The position numbers and the translations under genes are program-made. A stretch of 64,000 nt of DNA. Source: the human T2T-CHM13v2.0 reference genome, Homo sapiens. Positions 13,334 through 27,112 of this stretch are shown here, in pieces (within the stretch, counting starts at the first letter, position 1; each line of letters begins with the position of its first letter). The notes below the pieces were generated by a model. It saw nothing but the letters and a program-made list of their open reading frames with translations, ran no database searches and was not told where the DNA came from. The stretch lies in the NCBI RefSeq assembly GCF_009914755.1, contig NC_060938.1; one strand, 5' to 3'.

Positions 13334-14298
13334 CCCTGGGATGCAGGGCTGGTGGATAAGCTTTTTGATTTGCTGCTGGATTCAGTTTGCTAGTTTTTAT
13401 TGAAGATTTTCACATCGATGTTCATCAGAGATATTGGCCTGAAATTTTCTGTTTTTATTGTGTCTCTGCCAGATTTTGGTATCAGGATGATGCTGGCCTC
13501 ATAAAATGAGTGAGGGAGGATTCCTTCTTTTTCTATTGTTTGGAATAGTTTCAGAAGGAATGGGACCAGCTCCTCTTTGTACCTCTGGTAGAATTCGGCT
13601 GTGAATCTGTCTGTTCCTGGGCTTTTCTTGGTTGGTAGGCTATTAATTACTGCCTCAATTTCAGAACTTGTTATTGGTCTATTCAGGGATTTGACTTCTT
13701 CCTGGTTTAGTTGTGGGAGGGTGTATGTGTTCAGGAACTTATCCATTTCTTCTAGATTTTCTAGTTTATTTGCATAGAGGTGTTTATAGTATTCTCTGAT
13801 GGGAGTTTGCATTTCTGTGGGATCAGTGGTGATATCCCCTTTATCATTTTTTCTTGCGTCTATTTGATTCTTCTCTCTTTTCTTCTTATTAGTCTGGCTA
13901 GTAGTCTATTTTGTTGATCTTTTCAAAAAAACCAGCTCCTTGATTCATTGATTTTTTGAATTTTTTTTTCTGTCTCTATCTCCTTCAGTTCTGCTCTGAT
14001 CTTAGTTATTTCTTGCCTTCTGCTAGCTTTTAAATTTGTTTACTCTTGCTTCTCTAGTTCTTTTAATTGTGATTTTAGGGTGTCGATTTTAGATCTTTCC
14101 TGCTTTCTCTTTTGGGCATTTGGTGCTATAAATTTCCCTCTACATACTGCTTTAAATGTGTCCCACAGGTTATGATATGTTGTGTCTTTGTTCCTATTGG
14201 TTTCAACGAACATCTTCATTTATGCCTTAATTTCCTTATTTACCCAAGAGTCATTCAAGAGCAGGTTGTTCAGTTTCCATGTAGTTGTGCAGTTTTGA

Positions 14299-14636
<338 letters not shown>

Positions 14637-14923
14637 ATGAGTTTCTTAATGCTGAAGTTCTAATATGATTGTACTGTGGTCTGAGAGTGTTATGATTTCT
14701 GTTCTTTTGCATTTGCTGAGGAGTGTTTTGCTTCCAATTATGTGGCCAAGTTTACAATAAGTGTGATGTGGTGCTGAAAAGAACGTATATTCTGTTGATT
14801 TGCCGTGGAGAGTTCTATAGAAGTCTATTAGGTCCACTTGGTGCAGAGCTGAGTTCAAGTCCTGGATATGCTTTTTGATTTTCTGTCTGGTTGATCTGTC
14901 TAATATTGACAGTGAAGTGTTAA

Positions 14924-15400
<477 letters not shown>

Positions 15401-17459
15401 TGATCTTCGTTGGTTTATAGTCTATTTTATCAGAGACTAAGATTGCAACCCCTGCTTTTTTTTTTTTTTTTTTTGGCTTTCCATTTGCTTGGTAAATATT
15501 CCTCCATCATTTTATTTTGAGCCTATGTGTGTCTTTGCACGTGAGATGGATTTCCTGAATACAGCACACTGATGGGTTTTGACTCTTATCCAATTTGCCA
15601 GTCTGTGTCTTTTAATTGGGGCATTTAGCCTGTTTACATTTAAGGTTAATATTGTTATGTGTGAATTTGATCCTGTTATTATGATGCTAGCTGTTTATTT
15701 TTCATGTTAACTGATGCAGTTTCTTAGCGTTGATGGTCTTTACAACTTGGTATGTTTTTGCAGTGCCTGGGACCAGTTGTTCCTTTCCATGTTTAGTGCT
15801 TCCTTCAGGAGCTCTTGTAAGGCAGGCCTGGTGGTGACAAAATCTTTCAGCATTTGCCTTGTCTGTAAAGAATTTTATTTCTCCTTCACTTATGAAGCTT
15901 ATTTTGGCTGGATATGAAATTCTGGGCTGAAAATTCTTTTCTTTAAGAATGTTGAATATTGGCCCGCACTCTCTCTTGCTGCAGAGAGATCCGCTGTTAG
16001 TCTGATGGGGTTCCCTTTGTGGGTAACCCAACCTTTCTCTCTGGCTGTCCTTAACCTTTTTTCCTTCATTTCAACCTTGGTGAATCTAACAATTACATGT
16101 CTTGGGGTTGCTCTTCTCGAGGAGTATCTTTGTGGTGTTCTCTTTATTTCCTGAATTTGAATATTGGCCTGCCTTGCTAGGTTGGGGAAGTTCTCCTAGA
16201 TAATAACCTGAAGAGTTTTCTCCAGCTTGGTTCCATTCTCCCTGTCACTTTCAGGTATGCCAATCAAACGTAGATTTTGTCTTTTCATATAGTGCCATAT
16301 TTCTTGGAGTCTTTGTTCATTTCTTTTCACTCTTTTTTCTCTAATCTTGTCTTCTCACTTTATTTCATTGAGTTGATCTTCAAACTCTGATATCCTTTCT
16401 TCTGCTTGATCGATTCAGCTATTGATACCTCTGTATGCTTCATGAAGTTCTCATGCTGTGTTTTTCAGCTGCATCAGGTCATTTATGTCCTTCTGTAAAC
16501 TGGTTATTCTAGTTAGCAATTCGTCTAACCTTTTTTCAAGGTTCTTAGCTTCCTTGAATTGGTTTAGAACATGCTTCTTTAGCTTGGAGGAGTTTGTTAT
16601 TACCCACCTTCTAAAGCCTACTTCTGTCAATTCGTCAAACTCATTCTCTGTCCAGTTTTGTTCCCTTGCTGGCGAGGAGCTGTGATCCTTTGGAGGAGAA
16701 GAGGCGTTCTAGTTTTTGGATTTTTCAGCCTTTTTGTGTTGGTTTCTCCCCATCTTTACGGATTTATCTACTTTTGGTCTTTGATGTTGGTGACCTTCGG
16801 ATGGGGCCTCTGATTGGACATCCTTTTTGTTGATGTTGATACTATTACTTTTTCTTTGTTAGTTTTTCTTCTAACAGTCAGGTCCCTCTGCTGTAGGTCT
16901 GCTGTAGTTTGCTGGAGGTCCCCTCCAAACCCTCTTTGCCTGGGTATCTCCAACAGAGGCTACAGAACAGCAAAGATTGCTGCCTGTTCCTTTCTCTGGA
17001 AGCTTTGTCCCAGAGAGACACCTGCCAGATGCCAGCCAGAACTCTCCTGTGTAAGGTGTCTGTTGACCCCTGCTGGAAGGTGTCTCCCAGTCAGGAGGCA
17101 CAGGGGTCAGGTACCCACTTGAGGAGGCAGTCTTGAGGAGCAGAGCTTGAACGCTGTGCTGGGAGATCTGCTGCTCTCTTCAGAGCTGTCAAGCCAGGAT
17201 ATTTAAGTCTGCTGAAGCTGTGCCCACAGCTGCCCCTTCCCCCAGGTGCTCTGTCTCAGTGAGATGGGGGTTTTATCTGTAAGTCCCTGACTGGGGCTGC
17301 CGCCTTATTTTCAGAGATGCCCTTCCCAGACAGGAGGAATCTAGAGAGGCAGTCTGGCTGCAGCAGCCTTGCTGAGCTGGGGTGGGCTCTACCCAGTTCG
17401 AACTTCCCAGTGGCTTTGTTTATGCTGTGAGGGTGAAACTGCCTACACAAGCCTCAGCA

Positions 17460-17735
17460 ATGGTGGATGCCCCTCCCTGCACCAAGCTCAGGCATCCCAG
17501 GTTGACCTCAGACTGCTGTGCTAGCAGCTAGAATCTCATGCCAGTGGATCTTAGCTTGCTGGGCTCCGTGGGGGTGGGACCCACTGAGCCAGACCACTTG
17601 GCTCCCTGGCTTCAGCCCCCTTTCCAGGGGAGTGAATGGTTCTGTCTTGCTGGCATACCAGGTATGAAAAAAAGAAAAAAAAATCCTGCAGCTAGCTCAA
17701 TGACTGCCAAAACGGCCATGCAGTTTTGTGTTTGA
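17460..17735 (+). pseudogene. L1 antisense ORF0 homologue with one premature stop
   Basis: Translates MVDAPPCTKLRHPRLTSDCCASS*NLMPVDLSLLGSVGVGPTEP; shares SDCCAS and SVGVGPxEP with L1HS ORF0. Confidence 0.7.
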
Positions 17736-18094
17736 AACCCAGGGCCCTGGTGGCATAGGCACTGGAGGGAATCTCCTGTTCTGCCAGTTGCAAAGACTGT
17801 GTGGAAAGCTCAGTATCTGGGCTGGAGTGCACTGTTCCTCCTAGTACAATCTCTCACGGCTTCCCTTGGCTGGGGGAGGGAGATCCACTGACCCCTTATG
17901 TTTCTCGAGTGAGTCCATGCCCCACCCTGCTTTGGCTTTCACTCCATGGGCTGCACCCACTGTCCAACCAGTCCCAATGAGATGAACCAGGTACCTCAGT
18001 TGGAATTGGAGAAATCAGCTGCCTTCTGCATCAGTCTCGCTGGGAGCTGCAGACCGGAGCTGTTCCTATTCAGCCATATTGCCAGCAAATCCTA

Positions 18095-18500
18095 CGTACG
18101 GTATTATTTAAATGTTCAAATGAAGAAATAAAAAGCTACACGTACAGGATATGAGATACAATTCTGAAACTATTGTACATGTATATCAGGGTTAATAATT
18201 AAATTCTTAATTATGAGATCCAAATTTCTCATTGTCAGAGAAGAAAGTTACAGAAAAGTGTAAAAAGAAGGCTAGAATGAACTCCTTGGTACAGGATTAG
18301 ATTTGGAGACATTAGTATGAATTTATGGTTAGATTAATATACATTCAGATGGTTAGATACAGATACCTGTGTATAAATAGATATGTCTGTATATACAGGT
18401 TACATTATATACATTTATTACCTATCTCTTCTTCAGAGAGTGATTAGAAGCAATGATATCTAGTAAAATCTAGCACAAACAGTGCCCAGTTCATATGTTT
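18095..18500 (+). mobile_element. L1MC3/L1MD 3'UTR fragment
   Basis: GATCCAAATTTCTCATTGTCAGAGAAG...AAGGCTAGAATGAAC motif. Confidence 0.6.
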
Positions 18501-18611
18501 AAGCCAAAAGTATTTGACTAATACATACTTTTGACCCTGAAATCACTTTTTTGGATACTTTATACATAGCTTCAATATGTGAGAATTACATTTTACCTGT
18601 AGTATTCTAAA

Positions 18612-18817
18612 TTAGCACAGTGCAGTAGGACTTTCTGTGATGAAAATATTCTATCTCAGTGCTATTCAATATAGGAGAATATAGGAGCTACTAATAATAA
18701 CACCTAACTCTTGAACAATTGCAACGTGACTTATGAAACTAAAACACCTAACTTAATTGATTTCATTGTAATTTAATAGCCACAGGTGGCTAGTGGCTAC
18801 TGTATTGGATAACAGAG
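18612..18817 (+). mobile_element. MER3 (hAT-Charlie) non-autonomous DNA transposon
   Basis: AATAGCCACAGGTGGCTAGTGGCTACTGTATTGGATAACAG end and GACTTTCTGTGATG start. Confidence 0.8.
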
Positions 18818-21258
18818 TTTTCAGATAATCCTTCAGATGGTATGTTCCCTCAAATCAAGGGACCACCATCCTAATTTTATATTAAAATAGAGCTGTTAAA
18901 TACACTGCACTATATAAATATATTGAGCAAATAACTATTATAGATAAGAAATACAAAAGGCATCGCTTTAATATATATACAATAGAAAAACAATTATATT
19001 GTTGCAAATGTGTATTTGAAATTCAGGTGATTTTTAACCTATAAGTGGGTTTGAGTTTTCTTTCTCTAATCCTAAGCAATTGATGTTTCCTTTCTTCTGT
19101 GCTCTGGATGAGGCATGTCTCTTTGAACTGGCTTATCTTATATTGTCTGTTTTCTTGAGACACAACCTGACCTGATGAAATGTGACACGCTTGTCACTTT
19201 TTGTTAAAAGTGAACAAATATTTGTTAAATGAACAAATATCCATGTAACTAGAATGTTTTCCCATTACTGGTTCCTGGCAGGTATTTGTCTAATGGCAAG
19301 GCCCTAAATGAAGGAAAAAAAATCATCAGCATTAAATAAGCAGCTGAGGCCTCAACAAAAACAGTTAAAACATTAAGTCCAAAAGAAAAACATATATGTT
19401 TTCAGGATTTCGTTGTCTTGCATTTTCATGGTATCTTTTTGCACTGTTGAATAATAATTATTTCTAAAGTAAATGATCAGAACACATATTGGTTTGGAAT
19501 GAGGAATAGATAGCAGGAAGTGATGAACTAAATACTGTATTCCTTTTTTGTGGAAAGCATATTTAGTGAAAAGGGAGAAAAATAGTGCAGACAGTGCATG
19601 ATATATGACTAGAAGTTTTTCTTATGAGAATAATTTTCTGAATTGTCCAGGAGGCATTATATTGTAAGCCATGTTCTTAGTGATGCAGAAAATTTCTACT
19701 TATAATGCCATATGAATTCCACCTTCCACTATTATGAAAATGAGGAGTAACAAAAATATTCTCCATTTGCTTTCTGTTGCTCTCAAAATTATTAAGTTAA
19801 TAATATGAAAAAGTATTTATCTAAATGGCTATCTTTTAAAACGTCAATGCAAGGCAAAAAACAGTGCAATACCATTTGATTTAATTTCTACATGCTTAAC
19901 AAAAGATAACATATGGTTGAAAGAATGTAGTTTAGCAAGTAAAAGTAAAACTAGAAATAATTTCAAGGAGGCAGAATATTCTAGATTTACCTTTAGCTGT
20001 CACAGATAAAAAGGATTAATTAATGAAGTCTGCACTCCATAGATAAAGAACTCCATTGGTACTTTGTTAATTTTCTTGAAAGAAAGATAGTCCAGGTTGA
20101 ATTTCCTCTTTAGCTTGAAATGGATTCCAGTTTTTCTTTCTTAATATCAGGAGAAAAAGAAAAGCAGAGTATTAAAGCTAAAATTTAATCATAAATATTA
20201 CATTAGTAATATCCTTCAAAAATTTGCCTAAATATGTAATATGTGTATATAAAGTCATGAATATCATAAACTTCACAAGAAATCATCTAGATTTTTCTTT
20301 CAATCTAAGAATCTGGAATCTTTTATATTTCATATAATTTATGACATAATAGAATATTAACATTACAAAGTGCTAAGTTAATCAAATTAGATTTCATGTG
20401 CATGATGACAGAATATAATTTTTCATATTATTTATTCATTATTCATTTTTATGAGTAAAAACAATGCAATGCTGCCATTTATTGTAAATGCCTTCTCAAT
20501 GCTGTGCCAGACAACTTTGATGATACCTACGAGATAAGTAGAACAAACATAACAAATAAATAGTTATATTCATGTATGGACACAACACATAACTTTGGAA
20601 AGATTTACTAGGAAATAGTCCTGCAGATATTATGAAAATGTCAAAACCCACAATGATCAATAACAACCTATAATATTACATTTGAGGTTTGACCAAAAAA
20701 TAAAAGTATATCCCAAACACTCAGTGTTGTAAAAGTTTTAAGTGATTTTATCAAATGAGTTAAAAAATTAATCTGTTATTCAAAGCAAGAGAAAATTATT
20801 TTTTAACGGAATATTTTCCTCACAAAGTGTAGAATATTTCCGCATGTTGAAATGCAGACTTTGACACCACTTCCACAACAATTTCTCAGGATTAAGAGAA
20901 CGTTTTGTTTGCTAGGTGCACATTGACAGTGGGAATAAGAAAAGTGGTTGAGAAAATAAAAGTAAGAGGAAAAAATCAATAGAAATAGAATGAATGTGAT
21001 TATAAAGCTCCAAAGGAGGATCAAAGTATGACTTCAAATACAAGAGAACAAGAACTAGTATTTGCATGGTAAAAGTGAGACTGTAAATACAGGAGACCAG
21101 TACAGGAGCCCAGATTTAAAGCCTGTCCCATTAATAGGTCAATTACATACTATATTCTAAAAAACATGAACAATTTTGAAATTTAAAAGGGTCATTAGTA
21201 ATTCTGGTGAGCCAACAGACATAAAACAAGGCATGTGATAACCCTAACCATATGCAAG

Positions 21259-21644
21259 TGATACGGTTTGGCTGTGTCCCCACCCAAAATTTCATCTTGA
21301 ATTGTAACCCCCTTAATCCCCATAATCCCCACTCGTCAAGGGCTGGACCAGGTGGAGGTAATTGAATCCCAGGGGTAGTTTCCCCGTGCTGTTCTCATGA
21401 TAGTAAGTGAGTTCTCATGAGATCTGATGGTTTTGTAAGTGCCTGGCATTTCCCCTGCTTGCACTCACTCCATCCTGCCTCCCTGTGAAGAAGGTGCCTG
21501 CTTCCCCTTTGCTTTCCGCCATGATTGTGAGTTTCCTGAGGCCTCCTCAGCAATGCGTAACTGTAAGTCACTTAAACCTCTTTCCTTTATAAATTACCCA
21601 GTCTCGAGTATTTCTTCATAGCCCTGTGAGAATGGATTAGTACA
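21259..21644 (+). mobile_element. THE1D-like solo LTR
   Basis: TG...CA termini; perfect 5-bp TSD GCAAG at 21254-21258 and 21645-21649. Confidence 0.92.
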
Positions 21645-22930
21645 GCAAGTTTCAAGAATCTTAGAGAAGGGAGAGGTGACTCACTAAGCAACCAAAGCTG
21701 GCTCATTTCCCCAGCAATTTGATATGCAGAATTAGGAAGGAGAAGGGATTTTCTCCTTCCATGAATTTTCTAACTCACTATAATTGCTGAATAAAACTAA
21801 ATTAAAAAAATTTTAAGCTTTACTAACAGTTTTAATTGGTGAAGAAATGTCACAGGTAAGGTGGCACAGATAATAATGGATACATGAAGAAAGTTAGTAT
21901 GGTTAGAAAAACAAAAAGAACAATAACAACCATTCAAGGGCTGACTATATTCTGGGTAATAAGCTAAGCATGTACCGAGTTGAATGAAACAAATTCAGAA
22001 ATGTGAGTTAACTTTTGCAAACTAACATAGGTGTCATTCTAATCCAAGACTTTTTGAAATGAAGATTTAATAAACTTTTTCTCTGCTATAATGGCTCTCT
22101 TTACAAACCTGATGCTGTTCCATTTCACTATGAGCATAAGTTGAACTTAATTCCTCATTAGAAATCTGACTGTATTCTGCTGGAGATAAGTCAAAATATA
22201 TATGTTAAATATTGATCCATGGGTTAGTACTTAAGTATCATAAATCAAATGTTTCTGTACTTACTTCTTCCAATTTTTCCATTCTCATTCTCTGGGATAT
22301 CCACCCCTCTCTTTCCTACTGAAACTTTGCTAATTCCAATGGCTAATTCTTCATCCCATCTTAGTTGCCTATTAATAGTAACTTACAACTGATAATTCTC
22401 TCCTTTATGAAACAGCTTCTTCATTTGTGACTCTTTCTCAGTATGCTTTGCTTGTTCTTTTTTATCCTTCAACCTTAAATGTTGCCATACTTAAGGGCTT
22501 ATTCACTCATCTTTTTTCTTCTCCACTCAGATCTTTAATGATCACATCTCATAATATACACCATACACTTGAGAATTACTCCCAAATTTGTATCTCCATT
22601 CTGGATCTTTTTTTTCCTATCAGAGTCATAAATCCAAATCCTTGTTTTTAATGGGTAGCTCAAATAGATACCTTAAAGTGTCCAAAAACAAACTTCTGAT
22701 TTAATCCCTGAAACTTGCTCTTCTTGGAGTCTTGCTTTCTCCTGTTGTGGACAATGGCAACCCTGTCAGGTTGTCCTCAAACATTTGACTTCCTTCTCAG
22801 GTTCACATCGAACATCCAATCCATCAGCAAATTCAAGGCAAATGGTATTGTGAATTCAATCACACCTCCCAACCTTCACTGCCTATACTATTATCATCTC
22901 TCTCTTGAATTATAAATGGTCTCTTTGCTT

Positions 22931-23950
22931 TATTTTTAAATTTTATTTTGGATTCAGGGGTGTATGTGCAGGTTTGTTATATAGGTAAATTGCACGCCAT
23001 AGGGGTTCAGCATATAGTTTATTTTGTCACCCAGGTAGTAAGCAAAGTACCTGCTAGGTACTATCTTCACCCTCTTTCCACCTGCCAACTTCAGGTAGAC
23101 CCTGGTGGCTATTGTTCCTTTCTTTGTGTCCATGTGTATTCAGTGTTTAGCTCCCACTCATAAGTGAGAACATACAGATTTGGTTTTCTGTTTCTGTGTT
23201 AGTTCGCTTAGGCCAATGGCCTCCAGCTCCATCCTTGTTGCTGCAAAGGATTTGACCTTGTTCTTTTTTATGACTATGTAGTATTTTGTGGTGGATATGT
23301 ACAGTAGTTTCTTTATCTTGTCTATCATTGATGGGCATTTAGACTGACTCTATGTCTTTCTACAGTGAATAGTACTGTGATAAGTGTATGTATACATTGT
23401 CTTTATGGTAGAATGATTTATATTCCTTTGTGTATATACCTAACACTGAAAGCAGTGGAGGAAGAACCTCTATCCAGTAAATGGTACTGGAATAACTGGC
23501 TAGCCTAATGCAAAAGATTGAAACTGGACCGCCTCACTTATATCATATTTAAAAATTACCTCAAGATGGATTAAAGACTTGAATATAAAACCTAAAACTA
23601 TAAAAACTGTGGAAGATAATCTAGGAAATACCATGCTAGACATAGGCCCTGGCAAACATTGCATGATGAAGATGCCACGAGTAATTGCAACAAAAACAAA
23701 AATTGACAAATGGGACCTGATTAAACAAAAGAGCTCATGCACAGCAAAAGAAGCTGTCAACAGAGTAAACAAATAACTTACAGAATGGGAGAAAATATTT
23801 GCAAACTATGCATCTGACAAAGCTCTAATATCCAGAATCTATAAGGAACTTAAATAAATGAACAGGCAAAAAACAGACCCATTACAAAGTGGACACAGGG
23901 TATGAACAGACACTTTTCAAAAGAAAACATCCATGTGGCCCACAAGTATA
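22931..23950 (-). mobile_element. 5'-inverted (twin-primed) L1PA15/16-like insertion
   Basis: Antisense 3' end 22931-~23443 joined to sense ORF2 segment ~23450-23950; TSD ATGGTC(TC/T)TTTGCTT at 22916 and 23950. Confidence 0.85.
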
Positions 23951-24464
23951 TGGTCTTTTGCTTAACTTTTGTTTCACCCTTCATAAGTAGTCCATTCTCA
24001 ACACAGAGTAGTCCTTCTAATGCACAAGGCAGATTCTTGTTATGCTTCTGCTCAAAACTTCCCAGTGGCTTTCTAACTCCAAAACCCAAAGTTCTTATGA
24101 TGGCTTACAAGCACTTACATAATGGAGCACCCCACTCCTTTCTAGTCTCATTTACTACTATTTCTTCCTGTACCCATTTACTTCTGACACACAGGCCTCT
24201 TTGCTGTTCCTGGAGCACAGCAAGCATATCTCAAACTCAAGGCCTCTTCCTTTGCTATTCCCTCTGCCTCGAATGATCTTCCTCCAGATATCCTACATGG
24301 CTTGCTTCATCACAACCATAGAGCTCTGCACAAATGTCACTTTATCCATAATATCTTTCTTAACAATTTTAAAGACAGTACCAAACTTTCTATATCTTTT
24401 GTTTTATTTTTCTTTTTGTTCCAGATTTATTGAAGTATGATTAACAAATAAAAATTGTATGTAT

Positions 24465-24851
<387 letters not shown>

Positions 24852-25199
24852 TTACCTTTTCTGTGTGTGTTTTTGTGTATGTGTAGTGAGAACACTTAAG
24901 ATCTACTTTCTTAACAAATTTCATGTCCACAATACATTATAGTCACCATATTGTACATTAGGTCTCTAGTACTCTAATATTAATCTTACAACTGAAAGTT
25001 TGTATCTTTTCACCAATATCTCCCCTTTTTCTCCACTCCGAGGCCCTCGTAACCACCATTTGACTCTCTGTTACAATTAGTTTGACTTTTTTTGATTTTA
25101 CATATAATTATTTGTCTTTCTGTGTGTGGCTTTTTTCGTTTAGCATAATGTCCTCCAGTGTCATCTGTGTTGCCATAAATGGCAGTATCTCAGTATCTT

Positions 25200-26613
25200 C
25201 TTTTTCTTTTCTTGGACTTTTATTTTAAGTTCAGTGATATATGTGCAGGATGTGCAGGTTTGTTACATAGATAAACGTGTACCATCGTGGTTTGCTGCAC
25301 AGATCATCCCATCACCTAAGCATTAAGCCCAGTGTCCATTAGCTATTCTTCTTGATGCTCTCCCTCCTGCTGTCCTCCCAAAGCGCCCCAGTTTGTGGTT
25401 GTTCCCCAACAATGTATCCATGTGTTCTCACCATTCAGCTCCCACTTATAAGTGAGAACATACAGTTTTTGTTTCCTGTTTCTGTGTTACTTTGCTGAAG
25501 ATAATAGTTTCCAACTCCATCCATGTCCCTGCAAAGGACATGATCTTGTTCCATTTTATGGCTGCATAATACTCCATGGTGTGTACATGTACCACATTCT
25601 CTTTATCCAATCTATCATTGATGGGCATTTAGGCTGATTCCATATCTCTGCCTTGTGAATAGTGCTGCAGTGAACATACACATGCATGTATCTTTATAAT
25701 AGAATGATTTATACTTCTTTGGGTATATACCCAGTAATGGGATTGCTGGGTCAAATGATATTTCTGCCTCTAGGTTTCTGAGGAATCACCATGCTGTCTT
25801 CCACAATGGTTGAACTAATTTAAACTCCCACCAACAGTGTAAAAGCGTTCCTTTTTCTGTTAAACCTTCCCAGCATCCGTTTTCTTCTGACTTTTTAGTA
25901 ATAGCCATTCTGACTGTCAAGAGATGATATCTCATTGTGGTTTTGATTTGCATTTCTTTAATTATCAGTGATGTTGAGCTTTTTTTCATATGTTTGTTGG
26001 CTACATGTAAGTTTTCTTTTAAGAAGTATTTGCTCATGTCCTTTCCCCACAGTTTAATGGGGTTGTTATTTTCTTGTACATTTGCTTAAGTTCTTTGTAA
26101 ATTCTGGATATCAGACCTTTGTCAGATGGACAGATTGCAAAAATTTTCTCCCCTTCTGTAGGTTGTCTCTTTACTCTGATGATAGTTTCTTTTGCTATGC
26201 AGAGCTCTTTAGTTTAATTAGATCCCATTTTTCAATGTTTGCTTTTGTTGCAGCTGCTTTTGACATTATCATCATGAAATCTTTGTCAGTGCCTATGTCC
26301 TGAATGGTATTGCCTAGATTTCTTCTAGGATTTTTAAAATTTTTGTTTTACGTTTAAGTCTTTAATCCATGTTGAGTTAGTTTTTGCATATGGTGTAAGG
26401 AAGCAGTCCAATTTCAATTCTCTGCATGTGGCTATCCAGTTCTCCCAGCACCATTTATTAACTAGGGAATCATTTCCCCATTGCTTGTTTTTGTCAGGTT
26501 TGTCAAAGATCAGATGGTTATAGGTATGTGGTCTTATTTCTGAGTTCTCTATTCTGTTTTGTTGGTCTTTGTGTTTGTTCTTGTACCAACACTGTGCTGT
26601 TTTGCTTACTGTA
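25200..26613 (-). mobile_element. 5'-truncated L1PA10/11-like insertion
   Basis: 3'UTR GCTGCACAGATCATCCCATCACCTA; ORF2 C-terminal translation [11 protein letters not shown]. Confidence 0.85.
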
Positions 26614-27112
26614 GATCTCCTTTTTTAAGGCTGAATAATATTCTATTGTGTATATATGCCCACATACTTTTTATTCATTTATCTGTCAATGGACACTTAT
26701 TTCCATAATACAGCAATGAAAATGAGAGTGCAGATCTCTTTGGTATAGTGACTTTGGATATATGCTCTAAAGTGGGATTTCTGAAACATATGGTAATTCT
26801 ATTTTTAATCTATTGACGAACCTCCATATAGTTTCCCATAATGGCTGTATTAATTTACATTCTCACAAACAATGTACAAGGCTTCTCTTTTCTCCTTATG
26901 TTCACCGATACTTTTTGTCTTTTAGCTTTAGATAATTGCAATCCTAAGAGGTTTCAGGTGATATTATTATAGTACTTATTCTATAATTACTTCTCTTTTT
27001 TACTCTCTGTTTCCACAGTAAAACGTAAGTTTCATAAGGGCATACATTTTTATTCTTTTATTTACCACTCTATCCCTGGTTCCTTCAACAAAGCATAGCC
27101 ATACTGGGTGCT

